From Planctomycetaceae bacterium (GTDB lineage: Bacteria; Planctomycetota; Planctomycetia; Pirellulales; Thermoguttaceae), in the NCBI GenBank assembly GCA_031283515.1, contig JAITBS010000077.1:1-54587 (forward strand): a DNA stretch of 54,587 bases, written 5' to 3'. Of this stretch, positions 1-8,728 are shown piece by piece. Every line of letters begins with the position of its first letter. Position 1 is the first letter of the stretch. Both the position numbers and the translations under genes were made by a program. The notes beneath the pieces are model-generated. The model made no database searches and had not been told where the DNA came from. It saw nothing but the letters and a program-made list of their open reading frames with translations.

Positions 1-21
1 GTGAAAATGAGGTCGGTTTTT

Positions 22-237
22 AGTTGATAGTGGAGAGTTCGCACGCGGATTCAAAACGTTTTGGTCGTAATCCGCTTGCGAACTATCCACTCTCCACTAT
101 CAACTCTCAACTATTCCATTGCCCTTTCAGGGCGTTGGGTTGAAGAGGAGTTTTTACCCACCCCGTTGGGGCGGGTTATAATCCTGACGCCCCTATCGGG
201 GCTAATGGGAAAAACAATAATTCCACTGATAGATTAC
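22..237. repeat. Composite intergenic repeat: heptamer-arm palindrome (22-117), short GC hairpin modules, then the terminal motif TTCCACTGATAGATTAC (221-237)
   Basis: AGTTGAT/AGTGGAG arm, core CGCACGCGGA...TCCGCTTGCG, complementary ACT-type arm. Hairpins GCCCTTTCAGGGC, CACCCCGTTGGGGCGGG and CCCCTATCGGGG. The reverse complement of the 115-237 part recurs at 41851-41970. Confidence 0.7.
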
Positions 238-280
238 AAAACATCAATTAAATGACTACATGAAATATCGTTCTCAATCG

Positions 281-3200
281 TCAATACGAAATTAACACAA
301 ACGGTTCAAATAATCCGTAACCAATAGTGTCGTAACTTGCGCCGCTTGGTTGGTGTTCCGGTGCGCGATGGAAGGCGTTGGGCCACGCTTGTCCGCGCAT
401 TGCTCCGGCGTGGTGTGGTCCCAACAAATTTTTCGGCGTTCCGTAAACAATCATCGAAATTTCATTGTTACCTTCACGCAATAATTTTGTTACTTCAATA
501 GACTGATTCGCAGAAATAAAAAATCCTGCCGATTGACCATTGACCATAATTTGTACCGTCGAACCATGAACACTCCAATTCAAACCTTTCGGAGTTAGCG
601 GAAATCCTACAAAATAATTTTTTGCCGAATCAATTTTTTCAACATTAAATGTCTGCGAATATTCAACTTTACCCGCATAAAACGGCATACCCTGTTGATT
701 CCATGTCGGTTTGAACGCATTGAAACCGCTGCCGTCAGCAAGATACGACGCCTTGCGGTCATGAGAATCAGTCACCAACTCGCTTGATGTTCTTACCAGA
801 ACATTTTTGATCAAGGTAAGTACATTGTTTTCCTTCGTCCAAAATTGAACTTCGGCAAGTCCGACAAAACCATTGTCTTTCGGTTGTTCGTTTTCCCGAA
901 TCGGATAGGTTGCGCCGTTGTGATTGGAGAGAATTTTGAACGTTATTGTTTTGAATTTTTGTGACGAATTGAACGGCAATTCATAAGCCGAACCGTCGCC
1001 AATCGGTAAATCAATTTTGCCCAATCCGGTAATCTCAACCGTTTTCACTCCGCGTTGTTTCAGATTCCGCTCGTTGTAATTCCAAATCCGAATCGCCGCA
1101 ATTTCTTGTTCCCGACCGAAATCAAATTCCAATGTCGGTGAACGATCAACCAATTCCGGTTTATCAGAACGAAAATCAACTCCCGCCGAAAGCCACGCAA
1201 CATGATCCGGTTCCTCGTTGTGATTAAGAGTCTTATTACTGTCCGGAAAATTCATGGACAAATCCTGCGGAGGAACAACCGTAAATCCCTTTTCAGAATT
1301 TTGAAGCGAAAAATCACCGAGCAAATATGCCGGTTCGAGTTCGTGTTCAATCGTCATCGGTTGCGCAACAATTTTAACATTGTTTTCGCCGACTTTGGCA
1401 ACTTGGGACAAATCAATCTTGCCGAATGCCTTATCAAGCCACCACGCATTCGGAATCGCTTGCACTTCTTTATCGTTGCAATAAATCCTGTACAAATCGG
1501 GACGTTCAATCACAACCGCAAGATTTTTCGGAACCGATTCTTGCAACGTAAAATGATAAGTTGCCTCAAACCCGCTGTTTTCGGGGAATTTTTTCGTGAT
1601 CAATTCGTCTTTGAACTGAACCTGACTATCCCAAGGATTGCCCGACTCCATGCCGTGTTTTTGAAACACAAAACGGTTTGCCGCCCACGTGTAAATGTCT
1701 TGACGTTCTTCATTGCCGACTTTCACGTCAACATAATCCAATGTCAACACATTGTCCTCAAGACGGCGAATTTTCGTTTCCGAAATTGATCGAATCATAT
1801 CCCAGTCGATATTCCTTCGCCACATATTTTGTTCGCCTATTGCCTTATTCGAAAAGATTAATAACAGGCTTCCGGATGGATAGAGAGGAATTGAAAAATT
1901 GTAACTTGAGTTGTCCCATTCTTCGGCTCTCACCATTTCGCCCGTTTCTAAAGAACAAAAATACCAAAACTTAAAAAAGGGATAATTTTCGTTTGGCTTA
2001 ATGGAAACTTGGGCTTCGTCCGTCTGACTGGAGTTACAAAAAAACAACACTTCACCATCCGCAAACCTACGTCGATGATGAAAAATATGTTTAGCATCTT
2101 TTTCACGATAGGTTGCTTCTGTTGTTAAAGGATATGTTGTTATTGTTAAACCGTCTTTGTTGGTTCGTTCTTTTGCAATTTCAACAGCGTCCTTAACGGA
2201 ATGTATTGTGAACTTAAAATGGGTTGTTCCTTCTTTTACACCGCGTCTCCTGTCTCTATTCGTAACTTTTTTATGAGACACCTTAAACACATTCGCATCT
2301 TTCGGAGATGCGCCGTCACACAAATTCGGTTCCGTCTCAACGAGAATCAATTTACCGCCATTATTATGGTACAGCGATAAAAGTTCGGCTGTTTCACTAT
2401 TTAGATTTTCCGTATTGGGCGGAATAATCACCATATCATATTTTGCTTGATTGATGATAAATTCCTTGCCTTTAATTTTTCCGAAACGTTTAATAATATC
2501 TTCCGACGCTAGGTCATATTCGACGTGAGCGTGTTCGAGGGCGTTGACGAAATCGGTGAATGATTGCCCGATTTCATTGAGTTTCGGGTCGCCTTGATAC
2601 ATCCATGCGGTTGTTGTCGGTTCGATAACAACAATACGATTCACTTGCCGGCCTTGTGAAAGCATGTACGATAATCGTGTAAAATAATCCGCCAGAATGT
2701 GATAACCTTCAAACCACGATGCGTGATACGAAAATGATTGCGGATGATCGCGTTTTCGTGCGCCTTTAATTGTTACGTAAGACAAATGTTCGTTGTTCGT
2801 GTTGACTCCCAAAGCGTAAGACCAATCACCAAGCCGTTTTAAGTCTTCGAAACGAATATCCCAACCGCCCGCGCCGTAATTTTCCGAAAGTGTACGAGAA
2901 TGTCCCATCTGATTCGCAACCGACGCCAATTCCTTCACACTTCGGACGTTACCGAATTGAGCGTTTGGCGATTTATCGTTATACGTATTCATCAGCAAAT
3001 CAATTGCCGGACGTTGCGACCAAATGTACATTGCCATATTATCGGGACCATGCGATGTGTTGGGCCAGCCGTGTTCCCAATAATGTCCCGTAAATTCCAA
3101 ACCGTATTTTTCGCAACGTTCAAAATACGGTTTCGCCCAACGTTCAGCAAACAACTCAAGAATCAACTGATGATAATTATGTCGAACTTTTTTCCAGTCG

Positions 3201-4144
3201 CCGACCGTTTTTGACAACGACGGCAAATTGTCGATCAACGAATAACCGAAACGTTTTTCAAACAAATCAGGAATTTCGCCGTTCCATGTAACCCAAGTTC
3301 CGACATAGGAACCGGCTGGATGCGGTTCATCGGTGAAGATTCCGGGAACACGATTACCGAATTCTTTTTGAATTTCGGGAACGTTTTTATAAGCATCAAG
3401 AGTAATATCAAGAAATTTTTCCGTAACGCCTTTTTTCAAGAGATCAACATACCATTTTCCGCCGAACCAACCGCCTTGCGGTGTGTACTGAACTTTTCCG
3501 AGCAGATATTTTTTGCCGTTTGGCAATGGTTCGAGTTTACCGGAATTTTTTGTTTCGCCGGTGATGTTTTTATACGAAATATTGTTATCTTGATTGTTAT
3601 CTTTATTATTATCTTGATTATTATCTTGCGGGCAAAAAACGTACCGGATATTTTTGTCCAACTGATCCAATTTCGTAACTTCCTCAAATTTCAATCCCAT
3701 TCCGCGTGAATCGGGCAATGCTTCAGGAACAAGTCCTCCGGCAAAACCGCTTGGGTAGGAATTTTCGTCGTAAATCCAGACATTCATATCAAGTTTTTGC
3801 GCTTCGTCGAGTGCGGTTTTCCAACGGGCGAACCATTCGTCGGAGAGGTAAGGCGTCATCAAACCGGGTCTTGGGTGAACCCAAACTTGCCGGACATGTT
3901 GTTGAGCGAGATCGCGAAGTGTTCCGCGAACTTGTTCATCGGTTAATCGGTCATTCCAAGTCCAAAGCGGACCGGTACTGAAATCACGCGGCGGATTCTT
4001 AAAATTTTTCTGTAACTCCTCCAAAGTCGGATTTGTGATCGGGTTCAGTTTTGAGATTTGCGCCGCAGCAGTTACAACGTTAAGAAAAAATACAGCAACA
4101 AAAATAATCGCCGCAACCAACAATCTGAAAAAATTTGTTCTCAT
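281..4144 (-). CDS. Large secreted glycoside-hydrolase-like protein (N-terminal signal peptide, TIM-barrel-like N-domain, discoidin/F5-8-type-C-like segment)
   Basis: Uninterrupted 1287-aa ORF. Hydrophobic N-terminus LLVAAIIFVAVFFLNVVTAAAQ. Motifs WTWNDRL...VWVHPRPG...WIYDENSYPSGFAGG recall GH106/GH2-sugar-binding-annotated proteins. The family assignment comes from memory only. Confidence 0.7.
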   Translation of the reverse strand: MRTNFFRLLVAAIIFVAVFFLNVVTAAAQISKLNPITNPTLEELQKNFKNPPRDFSTGPLWTWNDRLTDEQVRGTLRDLAQQHVRQVWVHPRPGLMTPYLSDEWFARWKTALDEAQKLDMNVWIYDENSYPSGFAGGLVPEALPDSRGMGLKFEEVTKLDQLDKNIRYVFCPQDNNQDNNKDNNQDNNISYKNITGETKNSGKLEPLPNGKKYLLGKVQYTPQGGWFGGKWYVDLLKKGVTEKFLDITLDAYKNVPEIQKEFGNRVPGIFTDEPHPAGSYVGTWVTWNGEIPDLFEKRFGYSLIDNLPSLSKTVGDWKKVRHNYHQLILELFAERWAKPYFERCEKYGLEFTGHYWEHGWPNTSHGPDNMAMYIWSQRPAIDLLMNTYNDKSPNAQFGNVRSVKELASVANQMGHSRTLSENYGAGGWDIRFEDLKRLGDWSYALGVNTNNEHLSYVTIKGARKRDHPQSFSYHASWFEGYHILADYFTRLSYMLSQGRQVNRIVVIEPTTTAWMYQGDPKLNEIGQSFTDFVNALEHAHVEYDLASEDIIKRFGKIKGKEFIINQAKYDMVIIPPNTENLNSETAELLSLYHNNGGKLILVETEPNLCDGASPKDANVFKVSHKKVTNRDRRRGVKEGTTHFKFTIHSVKDAVEIAKERTNKDGLTITTYPLTTEATYREKDAKHIFHHRRRFADGEVLFFCNSSQTDEAQVSIKPNENYPFFKFWYFCSLETGEMVRAEEWDNSSYNFSIPLYPSGSLLLIFSNKAIGEQNMWRRNIDWDMIRSISETKIRRLEDNVLTLDYVDVKVGNEERQDIYTWAANRFVFQKHGMESGNPWDSQVQFKDELITKKFPENSGFEATYHFTLQESVPKNLAVVIERPDLYRIYCNDKEVQAIPNAWWLDKAFGKIDLSQVAKVGENNVKIVAQPMTIEHELEPAYLLGDFSLQNSEKGFTVVPPQDLSMNFPDSNKTLNHNEEPDHVAWLSAGVDFRSDKPELVDRSPTLEFDFGREQEIAAIRIWNYNERNLKQRGVKTVEITGLGKIDLPIGDGSAYELPFNSSQKFKTITFKILSNHNGATYPIRENEQPKDNGFVGLAEVQFWTKENNVLTLIKNVLVRTSSELVTDSHDRKASYLADGSGFNAFKPTWNQQGMPFYAGKVEYSQTFNVEKIDSAKNYFVGFPLTPKGLNWSVHGSTVQIMVNGQSAGFFISANQSIEVTKLLREGNNEISMIVYGTPKNLLGPHHAGAMRGQAWPNAFHRAPEHQPSGASYDTIGYGLFEPFVLISY

Positions 4145-4168
4145 GTTTTTTTACAGGTTAAAGTTTTT

Positions 4169-4380
4169 GTAATCTATCAGTGGAATCTTCGTCAATTTGT
4201 TTACCAATGGACTCCAAAGGTAGGTCGCAACGGTTGGTTTTTAATTTTCCGTCCGTCAACAGGGTCAAGTCGGCGAGTACGCCGACCGACCTTTCGGCGA
4301 AAGGTCGCCTACCTTTTAGATGCCTACTTTTTAATTTCCAACAGTAAACCAATTCAAAAAAAATTCCACTGATAGATTAC
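4169..4380. mobile_element. MITE-like non-coding element with 18-bp terminal inverted repeats GTAATCTATCAGTGGAAT / ATTCCACTGATAGATTAC
   Basis: Perfect TIRs at 4169-4186 and 4363-4380. The interior is made of short hairpin modules (GTCGGCGAGTACGCCGAC, CCTTTCGGCGAAAGG) shared with 43847-44214 and 36355-36430. It fills the whole intergenic gap. Confidence 0.7.
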
Positions 4381-5100
4381 TTATTTTTTGAACCAATTTT
4401 CGATTTTTCCTTTGACGGAACGGTTATATTCTTTTCTCATGGGCATTGATTCGATGATTTGCGTAAAAGTTTGTGTATTGACAAGTTCGAGGGACAATTT
4501 GTAATCGCGTTGCATATCACGATTGATTTCGGTTGTTCCAGAGGTGATTTTCGCGAAAAGCAAATAATCAACCGGAGTTCCGCCTCGTCCCATTGCTCCG
4601 GTAAACATCCGCATATTTTCTTCAATAAACAAATCGTCAGGACGTAAACTAAGTGTACGAAGACCAGCAGTTACCGCCCGATCACTAACAATTTCAAATT
4701 GGTCGGATTCTGAAACTTTTTCAAGAATTGCCGTTTTGATATGTTCTTTGAAATCGCCAAGTTCCTCAACACTGGCATTTTCCAAACTGATAAAACACAC
4801 TTTCCGTTTTAGCGGAACCGGCATCATACTGTTGTTGAACGTCACTTGCTGAATCGGTTCACCGGCAGCACGCGCAAGAAGTTTACCAACCGCTTCCCGA
4901 ACCATCGGATTATAAACTTCCGCTCCCGCCCGATCACTGCCAACATTGTCGGATTCGCCGCTGCGCATCAGCCGCGCCTGAGTTCCACGACATCCGCAAA
5001 TCAGTAAAATAATAAATCCAAAACAAATAAATCTTCTTAATATTCTCATTGTTTGTTGGCGGTTTTCTGTTTTTGATGTGTTCATTTTTGATTCTTTCAA
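4381..5100 (-). CDS. Putative lipoprotein (possible LpoB-like fold; function unknown)
   Basis: 239-aa ORF with signal peptide and lipobox-like ILLICGC. The LpoB-like similarity is a weak impression only. Confidence 0.65.
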   Translation of the reverse strand: MKESKMNTSKTENRQQTMRILRRFICFGFIILLICGCRGTQARLMRSGESDNVGSDRAGAEVYNPMVREAVGKLLARAAGEPIQQVTFNNSMMPVPLKRKVCFISLENASVEELGDFKEHIKTAILEKVSESDQFEIVSDRAVTAGLRTLSLRPDDLFIEENMRMFTGAMGRGGTPVDYLLFAKITSGTTEINRDMQRDYKLSLELVNTQTFTQIIESMPMRKEYNRSVKGKIENWFKK

Positions 5101-5164
5101 CTAAAAACAAATGCTCTGAAATAATTGAGACAAACCCTTAAACATATCGTTTTGTACATTTAAT

Positions 5165-5758
5165 TTAGGTATTGATCTCAATGGATACGTCCACCAAATC
5201 ACGTAACTCCTGCACCAAAAATGGAACACGATCTTGATGTAACGTAAGAATAAATGTTCGTGGAATCTGATGAGTGATGTGGAATCGAATCAATCTTGAC
5301 GTATCGTGTTGCATTTTGGGAGTGGCGTAATCAAAGTTTTCGAGTACCAAAATAGTGGGTCGTTGACTGGTTTCGTCTTCAAGAATACGATCACAAAGCC
5401 GTTGCCAAAGGATGGCGCGGTTAATGAATGGTGAATCGGTTTTGGGATTATTTTTTAATATCATTGGCAGATTAATGCGGAAAGTTCGTTCGGATTGTGA
5501 ATCTTCCAACGCCGAACAAAACACGCCCGACAAGGTCGCTTCACCAAAATCCTGAATGTCCAACGAAATAAATTGTCCGTTTTTTTCCTGAACAAACTCA
5601 TGGATTTTTTCGAGAAAATCCCACTCAGCATAGCAAGGTGAATCGTTGTGTAAAAGAAATCCGAGATGTTTGGATTGGTCTGTCAGAGATTGAATTTCAT
5701 TAAACAGATTACGGTCAAATATTTCCGTAATTTTTTGAGGCGAAACAAGTAAAGCCAT
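5165..5758 (-). CDS. Hypothetical protein, possibly a degenerate P-loop/AAA-like fold
   Basis: 197-aa ORF. TILVLENFDYATP resembles a Walker-B region, but no Walker-A GxxGxGK is present. Confidence 0.55.
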   Translation of the reverse strand: MALLVSPQKITEIFDRNLFNEIQSLTDQSKHLGFLLHNDSPCYAEWDFLEKIHEFVQEKNGQFISLDIQDFGEATLSGVFCSALEDSQSERTFRINLPMILKNNPKTDSPFINRAILWQRLCDRILEDETSQRPTILVLENFDYATPKMQHDTSRLIRFHITHQIPRTFILTLHQDRVPFLVQELRDLVDVSIEINT

Positions 5759-5982
5759 AAATATCCTCCTTTAATCACAAATTCATTATATGGGAGTAAA
5801 TTTGTAAATCAAACAATCGCAAACCAAACAATAAAAAGAAATTATGCTAAACATGGCATAATATCTTATGCGTTATAATATATTGATATTAGAATGAATG
5901 GGGGCATCATAACAAAAATCGGAAAATCAGAAAAGATCAATTTTGGCAATTTATGACGCCTATTTACCATTTTACCAGCCGC

Positions 5983-6023
5983 ACTGTGAACACAAAGCAT
6001 ACTGTGAACACAAAGCGTACTGT
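5983..6023. repeat. 18-bp direct repeat ACTGTGAACACAAAGCRT x2.3 in a divergent intergenic region
   Basis: Copies at 5983-6000 and 6001-18, with a partial copy at 6019-23. Confidence 0.6.
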
Positions 6024-6118
6024 CTATTTTATCAACGAACAACTCGAATACTGAATTTAAGTAGTCCGTTAATTCTGTATAAATAGTCCGCAGGTTGCGC
6101 GGATTCTTTAAAAAAGTC

Positions 6119-6322
6119 GTAATCTATCAGTGGAATCTTTTTCTCCTACGCCCTGAACGTAGTTGATAGTTGAGAGTTGATAGTGGAGAGTGGATAGTTG
6201 AGAGTGAATAGTTATGAGTGAATAGTGAATAGTGTCGCAAACGTCCTAATTTACCAAAACGGTATTACTCCGCTTGCGCAACTATTCACTATTCACTATC
6301 AACTATTAACTATTCACTATCC
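6119..6322. repeat. Composite element: left terminal motif GTAATCTATCAGTGGAAT plus a heptamer-arm palindrome
   Basis: About 11 AGTNNNN heptamers, core GTCGCAAACGTCC...CTCCGCTTGCGCAAC, then a complementary NNNNACT heptamer arm. Confidence 0.75.
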
Positions 6323-6364
6323 AGCACTCTTGTAAATTTGAAAACAGTAGGCTAAAATGATTTT

Positions 6365-7852
6365 ATGAAAAAGTTATACTCTCGAAAAAACCATTATATT
6401 GGTGTCGATGTTGGCGGCACAAAGATTCAGGCTTCTTTGATTACTGAATTTGGTTCGGTGCTTGCCAACCATCGTTGTGAAACCCCGCGTCCTGGAACTG
6501 CTCAAAACAGCTCCGTTAGCAGCGTTGCTGATCATAACGGCTCTGTCGAAATCACTCTCAATGCCATCGAAGAATCTATCCAAATTCTACTGCATGAGCA
6601 AAATCACACTCTTGATGAAATCGCCGGAATTGGAATTGCGGTTCCCGGAGTGGTGCAACAGGAAACAGGATTGGTTGTCGTAACCCCAAATATGAATCTT
6701 TCCGGAGTGGAACTCGGTCAGATTATGAACAATCGGTTTGGAGTTCCGGTTGCTATCGGTAACGATTGTAATCTTGGAACGCTTGGCGAATGTTGGCTTG
6801 GAAGCGGACGCCATGTTTCATCCTGTGTGGGAATCTTTGTTGGAACCGGTATTGGTGCAGGTATTGTTTTCGACAACCGTATTTTTAGCGGAGCAGGTCA
6901 GGCAGCCGGTGAAATCGGTCATATTATTTCCCAAATACCATGCGAAAATTGGCGAAATAATATCACCACAGCTAAACATAAACAAAGAACAAAATCTTCC
7001 AAAAACCATTTACCGAAATTACCTCGTTGCGGATGTGGTAATTACGGTTGTTTTGAAACATTTGCAAGCCGCACTGCTATGGAACGATTTATCCGTGAGG
7101 CAGTTGAACACGGTGCAAAATCAATGATTACAGAATTAAACGGAGGAAATCTCGATATTATCAAAAGCGGTGCGATTGCCAAAGCTCTCAAAGCAAACGA
7201 TAAAGTCGTAACTCCAATTGTTCGATATGCCGCTCAGGTTATTGGTTACGCCTGTTTGACCATCCGGCATTTGATTGATCCGGAAGTGATTCTGCTTGGC
7301 GGCGGTGTTATTGAAGCCTGCCAGAAATTTATGATGCCGATTATTGATGCGGTTGTTGCGAATGATCAATTACCTTCTGTAGCGGGTAAACGCCGGATTC
7401 TTGTTTCCTCACTTGGAGATAATGCGGTTGTTTTGGGAGCGGTTGCGTTGGTTCGGAGCATCAACGGCTCCAACCCTCTCAAGAAAACACAGCAAATTAT
7501 CCCCAAATATCCCCAACTCCGTTTTATGGCAGAAAATGTTATTTATATTGCAGACGAACCTTATACCAAAGATTTTTTCATTCTTGCCGATGGAACAATT
7601 CAACCAAGATTAAAGTTGCCGAAAAAAAATATTCATAGTTTTCGGCTTAAAGATATTCAAACAGCAACGAATGGCGGTGTTGATTTGATTATTTTGGGTT
7701 CCTCAAATGCGGGTGAAATTGCTCTTTCCGAAAAATGTCATGAGTATCTTTTTCGGCGCGGTATTGATTACCGTATTCTGCCGCTCAACGAAGCCGTTCA
7801 TCTTTACAATACCATTACTGTCCGGCGTTCCGCGATATGGCATTTCTCATAA
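6365..7852 (+). CDS. ROK-family sugar kinase fused to a C-terminal Mth938/DUF498-like domain
   Basis: IGVDVGGTKI, GNDCNLGTLGE and the CGCGNYGCFE zinc motif. The extra ~120-aa C-terminal domain (DLIILGSSNAGEIALSE...GIDYRILP) is assigned from memory. Confidence 0.85.
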   Translation: MKKLYSRKNHYIGVDVGGTKIQASLITEFGSVLANHRCETPRPGTAQNSSVSSVADHNGSVEITLNAIEESIQILLHEQNHTLDEIAGIGIAVPGVVQQETGLVVVTPNMNLSGVELGQIMNNRFGVPVAIGNDCNLGTLGECWLGSGRHVSSCVGIFVGTGIGAGIVFDNRIFSGAGQAAGEIGHIISQIPCENWRNNITTAKHKQRTKSSKNHLPKLPRCGCGNYGCFETFASRTAMERFIREAVEHGAKSMITELNGGNLDIIKSGAIAKALKANDKVVTPIVRYAAQVIGYACLTIRHLIDPEVILLGGGVIEACQKFMMPIIDAVVANDQLPSVAGKRRILVSSLGDNAVVLGAVALVRSINGSNPLKKTQQIIPKYPQLRFMAENVIYIADEPYTKDFFILADGTIQPRLKLPKKNIHSFRLKDIQTATNGGVDLIILGSSNAGEIALSEKCHEYLFRRGIDYRILPLNEAVHLYNTITVRRSAIWHFS

Positions 7853-7958
7853 CAGATCGTTGGGAGCAACCGTTCCGGTTTTCGTGAAAATCCGCAAACC
7901 TCAGCGTAATCTGCGGGCGGGTTCGGTTCTTATCCAAATTATCAGTATTTTATCAGTA

Positions 7959-8399
7959 TTACCGGTCAAGATTGGAACTAATTCGGACAGCTTCGTCACT
8001 TCTCAAGAAGTTTTTATCATTAATTTTGAATTTATCCCAGAATTTTTCTTTTTTTTCTTGAGTTGTTTTGATGCCATTTTCTTGTTGTTGTTGTTGTTGT
8101 TCTTGTTGTTCTTGTTGTTCTTCTTCTCCCGACTTAATGAGTCGTTCCATTTCGCGGTTGCGAACAATATGAACCTGATTCGTCATATTTTCACACTCAC
8201 GATCATGATAAGATCGTAATTCGGAGTTAATCTTACCATGCTGGTAATAGGGTGGCACCTCTTCGATGCGAGTTTTTTTGCGGCTTTCGAGTAAACCGCA
8301 ACCGGACAAGAACACCAAACTCAGTATGCCTAAAAGACTTAGAAAACCCAAAATCATTTCGAGCCGGAAATATCGGAATTGTTTTCTTGGTTTAGACAT
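7959..8399 (-). CDS. Small lipoprotein with a Glu/Gln-rich tract
   Basis: Start moved to the internal ATG (MSKPRKQ...) because of the lipobox FLSGC. Contains a low-complexity EEEQQEQQEQQQQQQ tract. Confidence 0.5.
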   Translation of the reverse strand: MSKPRKQFRYFRLEMILGFLSLLGILSLVFLSGCGLLESRKKTRIEEVPPYYQHGKINSELRSYHDRECENMTNQVHIVRNREMERLIKSGEEEQQEQQEQQQQQQENGIKTTQEKKEKFWDKFKINDKNFLRSDEAVRISSNLDR

Positions 8400-8562
8400 A
8401 GCCCACAATATCTGTATAGCAATAAGTACTAATTTATGATGATTGGAAGAAAAATATTTATTACCGTTATAATCGGCATTTTTTAAAGGAATATTCAAAT
8501 ATCAAAACAAATTTGTCAGTATTCACAAAGTTTTTATAGAACCAACCCAACCTGCCTAAATT

Positions 8563-8728
8563 GTAATCTATCAGTGGCATTTTTGTTTTTTTCGATTTTC
8601 ACCCCGACAGGGGCGTGGCAAGTTGATAGTTGAGAGTGGATAGTTGATAGTGTCGCAAGCGGAATTACTGCCGAAATGGTATTACTCCGCGTGCGAACTC
8701 TCCACTATCCAATCTCAACTATCAACTA
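8563..8728. repeat. Composite element: terminal motif GTAATCTATCAGTGGCAT, a CACCCCGACAGGGGCG hairpin and a heptamer-arm palindrome
   Basis: Arms at 8621-8652 and 8695-8728 around core TCGCAAGCGGA...CTCCGCGTGCGA. The last heptamer contains the rsgA stop codon. Confidence 0.75.

Noticed and set aside
61-255. 64-aa ORF running through the heptamer arm and hairpin modules
   Set aside because: It lies entirely inside a repeat element. The peptide (…STLNYSIA…) is just the translation of ACT-type heptamers, and equivalent pseudo-ORFs appear in other copies (for example 9896-10102).
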